Notes: a model not told the origin generated them from the sequence alone. A stretch of 64,000 nucleotides of DNA from Candidatus Omnitrophota bacterium (GCA_013203315.1 JABMQJ010000018.1:11292-75291); one strand, 5' to 3'. Positions 1-9,945 are shown, counted from the stretch's first letter. Numbers and translations: made by a program.

Positions 1-339
1 AGATCCATGATGTTTGTAACGCCCTATCCTGGAACGCAGTTATTTGAGGATGCCGTTTCTGGGGGGCGTATTGAAAGGAATAAAATACATGATTTTGTTA
101 TGTCCCTAGAAGATGCTAGGGATTTTACTATTAATTTAACCGATGTATTTACCGATGAGGGTTTAATTTTAAAACGCGCAGAGATGATAAAGAATGTGTG
201 TTCACGAGTTAAATTGGAATCCAAAGAACATTATAAGGCTAAAGTGGAAAGTTTGTTTGGAGATTTAGCCAACGATTATTTTGAAAACGAAGTATTATTA
301 AAACACCGCACCGAACACGGCGGTATGGATATTTTTTAG
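1..339 (+). CDS. C-terminal fragment of a B12-binding radical SAM protein; 5' end lies upstream of the window
   Basis: Frame is open from nt 1 with no start inside the window. The 'TPYPGTQLFEDA' segment resembles the C-terminal region of cobalamin-binding radical SAM enzymes and is paralogous to the C-termini of the full-length B12-rSAMs at 12218, 16020, 23693 and 36227. Confidence 0.4.
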   Translation, partial: RSMMFVTPYPGTQLFEDAVSGGRIERNKIHDFVMSLEDARDFTINLTDVFTDEGLILKRAEMIKNVCSRVKLESKEHYKAKVESLFGDLANDYFENEVLLKHRTEHGGMDIF

Positions 340-344
340 AGACT

Positions 345-1061
345 ATGAAGATATTATCAGTAATCTGTGCACGATCAGGTAGCAAGGGATTGAAGAATAA
401 ATGCGTGACTAGGATTGGAGATAAGATGGTCATCGAGTACTCCATTGATTATTCGCTTTCTCTGGGAAATGACGTAAAGACGGTTGTATCAACGGATATC
501 GATGAGGTGATAACTTATTGTAAAGTTAATGGAGTTGATTACATAGCAAGGGATGAGAGTTTGTGTGGAGATAATACCAAGATCGAAGATGTCCTGGCTG
601 ATGCAATTAAAAAAAAGGGAAGAGGGCGCACATGTTGTAGCCTTGTTTACGGCAACATTCCAGTACGCTATCCACGAATGTTTCACAAGGCAGTGAGGTT
701 TCTGGAGGATAATATCGATTACGATGCAGTAATCAGCATGCAAAGGGTGGAGAAGTTTCACCCGGATTGGATGTTCCCATATAACAATGGACTCTTACCA
801 AAGATGGAAGAGGTCCACTATAGAAGACAAAGTCTATCTCCTAAAATGATACCCGACGGCCATACGCTATTATTCAAAATCAGGAAATTTGTGACAAAAC
901 ACAAAGGAATCCGTCCGTATCGTAAAGAATATAGATATTCCATCTTTGGAGATAAAATCAGGTCGTTAACGACAGATAAACTAATTATTGATATTGATAC
1001 GAAAAAAGACTTACATCTTGCCGAAGCATTCTTACAGGCAAAAAGGTCTTATAAGAAATGA
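345..1061 (+). CDS. Acylneuraminate cytidylyltransferase-family protein (CMP-nonulosonate/ulosonate synthetase-like, CTP_transf_3)
   Basis: N-terminal 'ICARSGSKGLKNK' is the characteristic NeuA/PseF/KdsB-type nucleotide-binding loop. Length is about 238 aa. Confidence 0.7.
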   Translation: MKILSVICARSGSKGLKNKCVTRIGDKMVIEYSIDYSLSLGNDVKTVVSTDIDEVITYCKVNGVDYIARDESLCGDNTKIEDVLADAIKKKGRGRTCCSLVYGNIPVRYPRMFHKAVRFLEDNIDYDAVISMQRVEKFHPDWMFPYNNGLLPKMEEVHYRRQSLSPKMIPDGHTLLFKIRKFVTKHKGIRPYRKEYRYSIFGDKIRSLTTDKLIIDIDTKKDLHLAEAFLQAKRSYKK

Positions 1062-1077
1062 ACGATAAGGAAGTGGT

Positions 1078-2100
1078 TTGAAAATGTACAGATTTGATAA
1101 TCATATTGCTGCTTATGACGAATCGCGGCGCTACAATCGCAAAGGAGAAATAGCAGCCTTCCCTCCTTATGTTACTTTTGAACTGGGAAATAGCTGTAAT
1201 TTTTCGTGCATTATGTGCCGTAAGACCTACATTAAGGAAAAGAAAGAAGAGCTAGATTTTTCAGTATTTAAGAAATGCGTAGACGAAATATCAAATTATG
1301 GAAGTCTGGTGAGATTTATAGGTTACTGCGAGCCGCTTCTCTATAGCAAAATAAAAGATGCTATACGATACGTAAAGAAAAAAGGACTACGTTTGCATAT
1401 TACGACAAATGGTAGCCTTTTAAACAGAGAGATGATAAATGCAATACTCGAAAACGAAGTAGATAGCGTAATTTTTTCTTTTCAAGGATTTACGCAAGAA
1501 GAAGATTGCTTTATGCGAAATATCTCTTGTAAAACCTACTCTAATGTAGTGAATAAAATAAAATTGCTGCATAAAAGTAGAAAATCTGAAAAGCCATATA
1601 TTACCATAAGTACCACAATCACAAGTCGTGATAATCCGGAATATGAAACTGAATTTATAAAAAGACATATGTGTTATGCGGACCAAGTTCAAGTTACTGG
1701 AGCCACGCATTTTGCGTTTATCGAGGATGAGTCCGGTATAAGAGATATAGAGAAAAAACTGGGGCTCAATAAGCCGCGAAAGCTGAAAAATGTGAAATGT
1801 TTTTTAACTAATTATGAGATGAAAATTGCAGAAAATGGAAATGTTTATATGTGTTGCGGTTCATTTACCGATGAACTTAATATCGGCAACATAGAGAAGA
1901 ATACTCTCTTTAATATGTGGCACTCCGAAAAAGCTATGAAAATTAGGGAAACGTTGGCATTCGGCGATCTGGATAAATTCAAGAACTGCAGGGCTTGCCA
2001 GATACGCTACGACTATGACAAAATAGGTAATACGATAATGAATACGATGAAGGGAAAGAACAAAAAAAAGAAGATGGAACTCTATGCAGAAGAAAGATAG
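1078..2100 (+). CDS. Radical SAM protein with C-terminal SPASM/twitch-like Cys cluster
   Basis: CxxxCxxC motif 'CNFSCIMC' near the N-terminus. C-terminal 'CCGS...NCRACQIRYDY' Cys-rich region. RBS AAGGAAG upstream. Confidence 0.65.
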   Translation: MKMYRFDNHIAAYDESRRYNRKGEIAAFPPYVTFELGNSCNFSCIMCRKTYIKEKKEELDFSVFKKCVDEISNYGSLVRFIGYCEPLLYSKIKDAIRYVKKKGLRLHITTNGSLLNREMINAILENEVDSVIFSFQGFTQEEDCFMRNISCKTYSNVVNKIKLLHKSRKSEKPYITISTTITSRDNPEYETEFIKRHMCYADQVQVTGATHFAFIEDESGIRDIEKKLGLNKPRKLKNVKCFLTNYEMKIAENGNVYMCCGSFTDELNIGNIEKNTLFNMWHSEKAMKIRETLAFGDLDKFKNCRACQIRYDYDKIGNTIMNTMKGKNKKKKMELYAEER

Positions 2101-3241
2101 TATAGAAACTTTTCAACGCAACACAAAAGCAATTACGTATTGCACGCGGTGCCTTATGCCCTCGACTCGACCGTGGATTAATCACAACGAACACGGTGCC
2201 TGTAACGCCTGCGAGAATGCCGAGGCCAAAAAAAGAAACATAGACTGGAAGGCAAGATGGAAAGAGCTCGAGAAGATATGCGATAAATACAGATCAAAAG
2301 GCGATACATTTGATTGCATCGTTCCTTGCAGTGGCGGGAAAGACGGTTCTATTGTTGCCTGGAAACTGAAACATGAGATGGGAATGCACCCTTTGTGCAT
2401 AACACTTGCACCACAACTTCCCACAAAAATAGGAATAGAGAATTTGCACAATTTCATAAATTCCGGGTTTGATCATTTATTGATTACACCAAACCCGCAA
2501 AATGAGAAAAAGATCGCTCTATTTGGAATGACTGAACAGGGAAGGCCTCGATTAAGCACCGTGCTTGGACAAACCACTGCTTTGGTGAACGCGGCAGTCA
2601 AGTTTAAGATCCCTCTTATCGTGTACGGCGAAGAAGGGCACAGCGAGTATGGAGGCGTTACCCATATGGGTACAAAATCGCACTTCACAAAAGAAGAAAG
2701 AATACAGCTTTATTTCAGTGGTAATGACCCTGACAAAATTGCCGAAAAGATAGGGATAAAGAGAAAAGACCTTCCGTGGATGCGTTTTCCGACACTACAG
2801 GAGCTACAGAGCGTAGGAATTCTATGGCTTCACTGGTCATATTTTGAAAAATGGAATCAATATGAGCACTATCTGCTTGCCAAGCGGCATTGCGAATTTA
2901 AGACATTACCCCAGCGCAGCATAGGTACGTATACAAATTTTGCGCAACTTGACGATGATATGCAAGACTTGCATGTTTATTTTATGTTTTTAAAATTTGG
3001 ATTTGGAAGGACAACCTCCGATGCATGCATAGATGTGCGCAGGGGAGCGCTTGATAGAAAACAGGCGCTTGCATTAGTAAGAAGATATGATGGAGAATAC
3101 CCAGAATCTTTAATCCCACATTTTCTAGACTATTTTAGCATGACGAAAGAACAATTTGACAGCATCATTGACAAGTGGGCAAATAGAGAAGTTCTGACAA
3201 AAGTAAATGGGATTTGGAAACTAAAAGAACTACCTTCTTAA
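2084..3241 (+). CDS. N-acetyl sugar amidotransferase (WbuX/PseA-like PP-loop amidotransferase)
   Basis: N-terminal zinc-ribbon 'CTRC...CNAC' followed by the PP-loop 'CSGGKDGS'. Directly followed by HisH-like and HisF-like genes, the classic WbuX-WbuY-WbuZ arrangement. Confidence 0.7.
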   Translation: MQKKDSIETFQRNTKAITYCTRCLMPSTRPWINHNEHGACNACENAEAKKRNIDWKARWKELEKICDKYRSKGDTFDCIVPCSGGKDGSIVAWKLKHEMGMHPLCITLAPQLPTKIGIENLHNFINSGFDHLLITPNPQNEKKIALFGMTEQGRPRLSTVLGQTTALVNAAVKFKIPLIVYGEEGHSEYGGVTHMGTKSHFTKEERIQLYFSGNDPDKIAEKIGIKRKDLPWMRFPTLQELQSVGILWLHWSYFEKWNQYEHYLLAKRHCEFKTLPQRSIGTYTNFAQLDDDMQDLHVYFMFLKFGFGRTTSDACIDVRRGALDRKQALALVRRYDGEYPESLIPHFLDYFSMTKEQFDSIIDKWANREVLTKVNGIWKLKELPS

Positions 3242-3252
3242 GAGGATACCAG

Positions 3253-3870
3253 ATGGTTTCTATCGTAAATTATAAGATGGGAAATATCCGTTCGATACAG
3301 AACGCGTTGTCGTATCTGGGTGTTGACTCTCGTGTGATAGATTCGCCCGAGGAGATATTGACCAGTAAGAAACTGATTCTTCCGGGAGTCGGTTCTTTCC
3401 GTGTTGCCATGGAGCACATACGGGCGATGAAGCTCTTTGAGGCCCTGAATGAGGCTGCATTAAAACAAGGAGTTCCTCTCCTTGGTATCTGTTTAGGAAT
3501 GCAGTTATTGGCAACTGAAGGTGAAGAGGAAGGCCCTACCAAGGGTTTTGGCTGGATTCCTGGCAGGGTAAAACGCTTTTCACCTGAAAGATTATCCATA
3601 AAGGTGCCGCACATAGGTTTCAATACAGTATATTTTGAGCCCAAATCCAAAACTCTATTTGAAGGGTTGGAAACTTGCGCTGATTTTTATTTCGTCCATA
3701 GCTACAGAATGATATGTGAGGAGCCCGAAAAATGCGTTTCATCATGGGCAGATTATGGTGAACGTTTTGTAGCCAGCGTAGAGCATCGCAATATCTTCGG
3801 TACTCAATTCCATCCGGAGAAAAGCCAAAGCAACGGCCTGACAGTGCTTAAGAATTTTTGTGCAATTTAA
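3253..3870 (+). CDS. Imidazole glycerol phosphate synthase HisH-like glutamine amidotransferase subunit (WbuY-type)
   Basis: Class I GATase motifs ('GVGSF', 'GICLGMQLL', 'HSY', C-terminal 'FGTQFHPEKS'). Start placed at the ATG after RBS AGAGGA rather than the upstream-extended ORF beginning at 3214. Confidence 0.75.
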   Translation: MVSIVNYKMGNIRSIQNALSYLGVDSRVIDSPEEILTSKKLILPGVGSFRVAMEHIRAMKLFEALNEAALKQGVPLLGICLGMQLLATEGEEEGPTKGFGWIPGRVKRFSPERLSIKVPHIGFNTVYFEPKSKTLFEGLETCADFYFVHSYRMICEEPEKCVSSWADYGERFVASVEHRNIFGTQFHPEKSQSNGLTVLKNFCAI

Positions 3871-3880
3871 GGTGTAATAA

Positions 3881-4711
3881 ATGGCAAAGAACCGTCTAAT
3901 CTTTACTTTGTTGATGCAGGAAGGGACTTACATGCTGAGTCGAAATTTTTCTCTCCAATCAGTAGGTGGGTTAGACTGGATAAAAGAATTCTATAATTTC
4001 GACGCTATAACTTTTTCTATTGACGAGCTTATCGTATTAAATGTAGAAAGAGGAGTGAGAAAAATCGATGAATTTTCGAAGAATCTAGCGGAATTAAACA
4101 AAGGTTGTTTTATGCCTTTGGCTGTCGGAGGAGGCATACGGACAATGGAACACGCCTACTCTCTTTTGAATGCGGGAGCCGATAAATTGATTATAAACAC
4201 CCCTTTGATTGAAGAGCCAAAATTTGTAAGTTCACTGGTTAAGACCTTTGGTAGCCAATGCATCATTGCTTCTATTGATTATAGAGTGAAAAAAGACGGT
4301 GACAATACGGTTTGTATCCGTAACGGATCTCACCCTACAGGTAAAGGGGTGGATGAAGTTGTAAAAATTGCCAGAAATCTTGGTTGTGGAGAAATTTACC
4401 TCACTTCTATAGATAAAGATGGAACAGGCGAGGGGCTTGATTTGGAATTAATTAGACAAGTTACGTCTACGGCCACAGTTCCGGTAATCGCTTCTGGCGG
4501 GGTAGGCAAATTTGGACATTTTACGGAGGGCTTATTACAGGGTAAGGCCGAAGCGGTTTCAACAGCCAACCTTTTCAACTTCATAGAGGATGGATTAATC
4601 GAAGCCAGATCAGATATGCAGAAAGAAGGAATAAAAATGGCTAGCTGGAATTTTAGTTTTTATAGTACAGTTCCGGAAAAAGTCGGATATAGTAAAAAAA
4701 GAAGCCAATAG
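3881..4711 (+). CDS. Imidazole glycerol phosphate synthase cyclase HisF-like subunit (WbuZ-type)
   Basis: TIM-barrel HisF signatures 'GGGIRT' and 'ASGGVG'. Adjacent to the HisH-like gene. Confidence 0.75.
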   Translation: MAKNRLIFTLLMQEGTYMLSRNFSLQSVGGLDWIKEFYNFDAITFSIDELIVLNVERGVRKIDEFSKNLAELNKGCFMPLAVGGGIRTMEHAYSLLNAGADKLIINTPLIEEPKFVSSLVKTFGSQCIIASIDYRVKKDGDNTVCIRNGSHPTGKGVDEVVKIARNLGCGEIYLTSIDKDGTGEGLDLELIRQVTSTATVPVIASGGVGKFGHFTEGLLQGKAEAVSTANLFNFIEDGLIEARSDMQKEGIKMASWNFSFYSTVPEKVGYSKKRSQ

Positions 4712-4759
4712 CATGATTGCTATCGATACATAAAAATAGAATTAGCACTTCGCAAAAAT

Positions 4760-5764
4760 ATGAAAGGAAAGTTTTTTATGAAATGCGGCATTACTCAAAA
4801 CATAGCAAAAAATCTCGTTTTTATTGATGGTATTACTCGTAGCGGCAAGTCAGTTTTTACAGGGATAATACCTTCATTGAGAGATTTTGAACATATACAA
4901 TTTTATCTCCTGATGGAGTTAATGATACCGGCTGTTTCTCTTGGCCTTACGGATGCGGAATACGTAAAAACTGTACTTCGCCTCCATATGGGCGAAGTCG
5001 CATATAATTTGTTATTGGCCAGAGGAATGAATTTCAGGTATGAAGATGAAACAGGGGTTTTGAATTACAAAGATCCTCAAGTTTACTACGAACGCCTAGC
5101 AAGGCAGGAGGGTGATAAGATAATCGAAGACTTGCTTTGCCATAAACGTTTTATCCCTTTCCATACACATGATTTACTTGTAAATCTAGAACATCTTAAT
5201 AAGATGGATATCGACTATAAAATGATATCGGTATTTAGGCACCCAATAGACAATAGTCATTCATGGTGGACGCGGGGCTGGGGAGAGCGTTTTGGCGTTG
5301 ACCCCAGGTCGTTTACTTTTTGCATCGATTACGAAGGAAAGTTAGTGCCATGGTATGTAGCAGGATTTGAGAAAGAATGGCTAGAATTAAATCCCAAGGA
5401 AAGGTGTATAAAAACCTCAATAAGCCTTATAAAGCGTGCCGTTAATCAATATAAAAATACGTCAGAAAAGAATAAAATTCACCTAATAAAGTTTAAGGAT
5501 TTTGTTCAAAATCCTCACGAGCAGATAGAAAAAATTTGTGCTTTTCTTAATACAAACACCACGCAACATACAGAGCATTTTATCCGCAAGGCCAAATGCC
5601 CGCGCGTGCTGAATCTCAAAGAAAGAGATTCGAATCTCGCAGAATTAAAGTCCGGTGTTAAGAAGGAAATATTTGAGTTGTTGTTAGAAACGTCCGAATC
5701 ATATGAGACTGATTTCTACGGCTTGCATAAAAAAGAAAATCTAGCGAAAGAAAAGATGGTTTAA
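4760..5764 (+). CDS. Sulfotransferase-family protein
   Basis: 5'-PSB-like 'GITRSGKS', 3'-PB-like 'RHPIDNSHSWW', and C-terminal 'IKFKDFVQNPHEQIEKICAFLN' resembling the sulfotransferase 'YEDL..DP...I..I..FLG' region. The true start may be the second ATG at 4778, which has RBS AAAGGAAAG. Confidence 0.5.
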   Translation: MKGKFFMKCGITQNIAKNLVFIDGITRSGKSVFTGIIPSLRDFEHIQFYLLMELMIPAVSLGLTDAEYVKTVLRLHMGEVAYNLLLARGMNFRYEDETGVLNYKDPQVYYERLARQEGDKIIEDLLCHKRFIPFHTHDLLVNLEHLNKMDIDYKMISVFRHPIDNSHSWWTRGWGERFGVDPRSFTFCIDYEGKLVPWYVAGFEKEWLELNPKERCIKTSISLIKRAVNQYKNTSEKNKIHLIKFKDFVQNPHEQIEKICAFLNTNTTQHTEHFIRKAKCPRVLNLKERDSNLAELKSGVKKEIFELLLETSESYETDFYGLHKKENLAKEKMV

Positions 5765-5769
5765 ACACA

Positions 5770-6729
5770 ATGGCTAAAAGTGTTGTAAAAAAATATTTTG
5801 AAGAAAATGCAGAATCCTGGGTGGCAGATGGCTACGGAGACGACGGTTATACTTATCCTGTTGGTCACCATCGAACACGCATTGTCCTTAAAGTGCTCTC
5901 AGGGTTAGGCAACTCATTAAAAGTCGTCGATTTAGGTTGCGGAGGAGGTCAGCTTTCTTGCGCATTAGCTGAAAGCGGGCACACCGTTGTCGGAATAGAC
6001 CAATCTGACAAAATGGTTAATATTGCTCAGAAAAACCGAAGTACCTTACCAGCAAAACTTCAGAAAAGAATTAACATAATACGTTGCCCGATAGAAAGTA
6101 ACAATCTTAAAGAGCATTCTTTTGACGCCGTAACGGCAATGGGTCTTATAGGATATCTACGCGATGACAATATACTTTTTAAAATTGCGCACCGGTTATT
6201 AAAACCAAACGGCATTTTTTTAGTGTCATGCAGAAACAGACTTTTTAACATGGTAAGCATAACACCCAAGACGAAAAGAGAGATAAGAAGCAAAACTGCT
6301 ATGCCTTTAATATCAGAGCTGGAAAGCCTGTATAAAACTGTCTCGAAAAAAGATGCTGACGAGCTGGTGCAAAGGTTTAAACACATCACTGCCAGCTTAC
6401 CGAACAAGACAATGTATGGCAAGATGGACATGTTGTCTCCGGCGGAAAAACTTAACGCGAATCCCTATCGCACACAAGTCGAAGCGCGTCAGCATACACC
6501 AAAAAATTTATTGCGCACCGCTATGAAATTTGGTTTTTCCAATAAAGCGTATTACGGCGTTCATCCGCACATAATTGCTCCGCCTGCGAACCGATTGTTA
6601 CCGCCTGGTATTTTTAACAAAATTTCAAATTGCCTGGAAGCACTGGAGCACTTACCTGTTAGTTTAATATGGAGTTCTGTTTTTATAGGTGTTTTTAAGA
6701 AGAAAAAAGAGAAGAATCATGAAAAATGA
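5770..6729 (+). CDS. Class I SAM-dependent methyltransferase
   Basis: Motif I 'VVDLGCGGGQLS' and overall Rossmann methyltransferase layout. Confidence 0.65.
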   Translation: MAKSVVKKYFEENAESWVADGYGDDGYTYPVGHHRTRIVLKVLSGLGNSLKVVDLGCGGGQLSCALAESGHTVVGIDQSDKMVNIAQKNRSTLPAKLQKRINIIRCPIESNNLKEHSFDAVTAMGLIGYLRDDNILFKIAHRLLKPNGIFLVSCRNRLFNMVSITPKTKREIRSKTAMPLISELESLYKTVSKKDADELVQRFKHITASLPNKTMYGKMDMLSPAEKLNANPYRTQVEARQHTPKNLLRTAMKFGFSNKAYYGVHPHIIAPPANRLLPPGIFNKISNCLEALEHLPVSLIWSSVFIGVFKKKKEKNHEK

Positions 6730-8731
6730 AATACTCATCGTTGATATACTTAACATCTATAGCTTATTTTCCGCTGTTACGAGATACAGGGACATTCGTT
6801 TAATCCATTATCTACGTAAAGGCAGATTTGTGAATACAGCGGTTAAACTGCTTACGAAACTGGGCTGGTCATTTGAGTTAATACAGTATTCATTGGATTC
6901 TTTTGGCGGCAAATACCCTTTCAAAGAGCTTAATACGGCTATGCTTGATACGATAACAACATATGGAAAAAAAGTTTTTTCAGGCGAATTAAAAAAATTG
7001 AATATATCAGAATATGAACACAAGCGTTTATTAACTTGCTTTAGTAGTCATATGGGAATGGAGATATACTTCGAGATGCAGCTATTCATTTTGCTTTCAG
7101 TCAACAATCTTTTTGAAAACAAGAACATAAAAGCTATCTTGTTGAGAAAGTCGTTATTTTCTGATGTTTTAAAGGAAATATATGAAAGAAGAAAATTCAG
7201 CACATATTTTTATAGGTCTTTTGATAAGCTATTTATACCACGTGAATTGTATTCTTGGGATAAAGCAATTTTGAGAGCGCGCAAGAAAAATTATCGCAAA
7301 ATTATTAAAATAATTTTATTTTCTTGCTGTTCACTTGTGTTTAAAACGGCCTTACTATTTCTAAAGTCTACCCGTAATATGAAAAAGCATAAGATATGCG
7401 TATTATTGAGTAACAGCTTTGGTACTGTCTTGTCCAATGGCTTGCCATGGGGCGTCGAAGAACCAAGCTATTTAAGAGATGAGACCATCGCATTTTATCG
7501 TGAAACAATGCCAAAAGAGGCTATGGATTTTTATAAGAAGCGTTCAGACAAATTTGTAAAATATAGCTTAAATCCGATAAACTGCGGTAGAAATGTCGAA
7601 ATTGTAAAGCCGTGGTCTGATTTTGCTGGTTTTCTAATAAAAAATATATCGCGTTACCTACCTTTATTCAACTTGCACAAAATAAATCGTTGGCTTTTTG
7701 GGTATATTTTCGATGTTATCGTAGATTTAAGTTTTTTTGAACCTCTATTTCTGTTTAACGGAACAAAGATATTATGGTTTATAGATTCGGATAATACCCA
7801 CATGCAGGTTGCTGCTATAGCAATTAACAGGGTTGGCGGTATTAGTCTTGGTACGTCGGGATCCCTTGCACTCTTACCTGAGTGGAGCATTCACCACAAC
7901 AAAAATGATATTTTCTTTGTTTGGGGCAAACGATTCCTCAATATAAGTATAAACACCAAAGACCAAAGCGATTCTTTTGTGATGACCGGGCATTTTGCGG
8001 ACAAGGCCTTTTTAGATGAGATCAAAAAGGCAGAGGAGTTCCGTTCCTCGCTTACAAAAAAATACCGAATAAAGAATGTAGTTACTTTTTTTGACACCGG
8101 CTCTGGTTGGGATCAGTTTATTACTCCTAGGCGAGTTTTTGAGATATATGAGCAGTTTTTTGCATGGTTGAATGAGGATAACAGCAATTTTCTTGTAATT
8201 AAAGCAAAAGGCCAAAAGACAATAAACAAATATCCTGAATTAAAAAAAGAGATAGACAAATTTTGTACAACTGGACATGCCCTCATTTCTTATGAAAGAT
8301 CCGCTGTATACCCTGGGCTGGCAGCCGACGTTGCTTTAAGCGCATCTCCGACATTATCATCCATAACCGCTATGTTGGGTAGGCCTGTCATATTTTATGA
8401 TATTCAGGGCACATACGATGAATACTCCTTTGCGCTTCCGACTGTTAGTGTCATTGACGATGTGTGCAAGATGCGCGAAGCGATAAATATTGCGATAAGA
8501 AAAAAACAAAATCTTGGGTATCAATACAAGCTAGGGCCGATAAAAGATTCGGCCGTTGATCAATTTGCAGATGGGAAATCTATAGTCAGAATGCGTGCGT
8601 ATATAGAAAATCTATTAGAGGCTTTTGACCAGAAACATTCTAATTCCGCCGCCATAAGATTTGCAAATGATGAGCATAAAAAACAGTGGGGTGAGGGTAC
8701 TGTAACCAGAGGTCCTTTGCCGGTTAAGTAG
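6719..8731 (+). CDS. Large hypothetical protein with TagF/KpsS-like (CDP/CMP-donor GT-B-like) C-terminal domain; paralog of 17489 and 22172
   Basis: C-terminal 'LVIKAKGQ...AADVALSASPTLSSITAMLGRPVIFYD' parallels the TagF-family 'K.HP...aDvLItDYSS...kPiifY' layout. Start placed at the ATG at 6719, which overlaps the preceding gene. Confidence 0.35.
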   Translation: MKNEILIVDILNIYSLFSAVTRYRDIRLIHYLRKGRFVNTAVKLLTKLGWSFELIQYSLDSFGGKYPFKELNTAMLDTITTYGKKVFSGELKKLNISEYEHKRLLTCFSSHMGMEIYFEMQLFILLSVNNLFENKNIKAILLRKSLFSDVLKEIYERRKFSTYFYRSFDKLFIPRELYSWDKAILRARKKNYRKIIKIILFSCCSLVFKTALLFLKSTRNMKKHKICVLLSNSFGTVLSNGLPWGVEEPSYLRDETIAFYRETMPKEAMDFYKKRSDKFVKYSLNPINCGRNVEIVKPWSDFAGFLIKNISRYLPLFNLHKINRWLFGYIFDVIVDLSFFEPLFLFNGTKILWFIDSDNTHMQVAAIAINRVGGISLGTSGSLALLPEWSIHHNKNDIFFVWGKRFLNISINTKDQSDSFVMTGHFADKAFLDEIKKAEEFRSSLTKKYRIKNVVTFFDTGSGWDQFITPRRVFEIYEQFFAWLNEDNSNFLVIKAKGQKTINKYPELKKEIDKFCTTGHALISYERSAVYPGLAADVALSASPTLSSITAMLGRPVIFYDIQGTYDEYSFALPTVSVIDDVCKMREAINIAIRKKQNLGYQYKLGPIKDSAVDQFADGKSIVRMRAYIENLLEAFDQKHSNSAAIRFANDEHKKQWGEGTVTRGPLPVK

Positions 8732-8742
8732 AAGAGGTATAT

Positions 8743-9945
8743 ATGAATTTTACTCGAAAAAAGCTAAATATGGTTGTTGTAGGTGCAGGCATGTATGCTT
8801 GCGGAAGAGGAACGAAAGAATATGGGACAATTATTCCAGCTATCCTTGAATGGAAGAAGAAGGGTAGCCTTGGTGAAGTCTATGTTGTCGGCACAAGTTC
8901 GAAAAATATACGGATATCTAAAAATAAAATAAAAAAGCTTGAAAAATACACGGGTATAAAAGCTCCTTTGACATATTTTCCACAAAATCGAACGAATGAT
9001 TTGCAATGTTACAAAAAAGCGATACGCATGGTTCCCAAGCCTGCAGTCTGCATTATAGCCGTTCCGGATAATCTTCATAGTCGTATCGCAAGCGAAGCAA
9101 TTAAAGCAGGTGTGCATACGTTTGTCGTAAAACCGCTCGCGCCGACAGTAAAAGAAGTTTTGAAGCTAGTTAGCGCTGGCAAGAGAAAAGGTGTTTATTG
9201 CGCCGTAGATTTTCATAAGCGCTTTGACCGCGCTAATATAAAATTAAAAGATACAATCTTGCAGAACGTAATAGGCGATCCTTTGTATTTTCTCGCTGAA
9301 TATAGCCAGCGAAAGAGCATACCGCATAAAAGATTTAGAAAATGGGTTAAAAATACGAATATATTCCAATATCTCGGAATCCACTATCTTGATATCATAT
9401 ATTTTGTTACGGGCGCTACCCCTAAAAGGGCGATGGCAACCGGGCAAAAAGGATGGCTTTTTTCGAAGGGAATAAATACCTACGATTCAATTGAGGCCCA
9501 CATAGAATGGGAGACCTCATCCGGTAAAAAATTCACTTCGCATATATTAACAAATTGGATTGACCCTGAGTCGACATCCGCAATGTCAGACCAGAAAATT
9601 AAAGTAATAGGTACTAAAGGAAGATTTGAGTCAGATCAGAAAAGAAGGGGCATAACGATTGTTACAGATGAAAAAGGCATAGAGGAACCTAATCCATATT
9701 TTTGTTCTGCTTACGGCAAAGACGGAGCAGCTTCTTACCGTGGTTATGGAATAGAGAGCATTCACCAGTTCTTAGAAGATGTAATGCAAATTACCGAATA
9801 CAGGCTAAGCATAGAAGAGCTGGAAGATAAAAGACCTACTTTTAAACAATCTCTAGTACTAACGGCCACTCTGGAAGCTGTAAACAAAAGCCTTAAGAAC
9901 AATAATCAATGGGTAAGGGTTGGGAGCGTGAAGCAATATGACTAA
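8743..9945 (+). CDS. Gfo/Idh/MocA-family NAD(P)-dependent oxidoreductase
   Basis: N-terminal 'MVVVGAG' Rossmann segment. 'VPDNLHSRIASEAIKAGVHTFVVKPLA' matches the Gfo/Idh/MocA consensus (P..H...A..AGKHV..EKP). RBS AAGAGG. Confidence 0.55.
   Translation: MNFTRKKLNMVVVGAGMYACGRGTKEYGTIIPAILEWKKKGSLGEVYVVGTSSKNIRISKNKIKKLEKYTGIKAPLTYFPQNRTNDLQCYKKAIRMVPKPAVCIIAVPDNLHSRIASEAIKAGVHTFVVKPLAPTVKEVLKLVSAGKRKGVYCAVDFHKRFDRANIKLKDTILQNVIGDPLYFLAEYSQRKSIPHKRFRKWVKNTNIFQYLGIHYLDIIYFVTGATPKRAMATGQKGWLFSKGINTYDSIEAHIEWETSSGKKFTSHILTNWIDPESTSAMSDQKIKVIGTKGRFESDQKRRGITIVTDEKGIEEPNPYFCSAYGKDGAASYRGYGIESIHQFLEDVMQITEYRLSIEELEDKRPTFKQSLVLTATLEAVNKSLKNNNQWVRVGSVKQYD

Noticed and set aside
345-1061. Assigning specific substrates (CMP-Neu5Ac vs CMP-Pse vs CMP-Leg vs CMP-Kdo) to the three cytidylyltransferases
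   Set aside because: Only the family-level nucleotide-binding loop is recognisable by eye. No NeuB/PseI/KdsA-type synthase is present in the window to anchor a specific pathway, so specific gene symbols were withheld.
3214-3252. Upstream extension of the HisH-like ORF (METKRTTFLRGYQ...) overlapping the WbuX-like gene
   Set aside because: The internal ATG at 3253 is preceded by an AGAGGA RBS and gives the canonical HisH N-terminus. The extension lacks an RBS and overlaps the preceding gene by 28 nt.
6689-6718. Upstream extensions of ORFs at 6689, 17459, 25969, 27113, 31718, 33188, 44515, 45815, 46918, 55669 and 41143
   Set aside because: In each case a downstream in-frame ATG coincides with the stop of the preceding gene (ATGA/TAATG coupling) or has a better RBS, or it starts the conserved domain (for example MCGI for the Ntn GATase). 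The long extensions would overlap upstream genes extensively.
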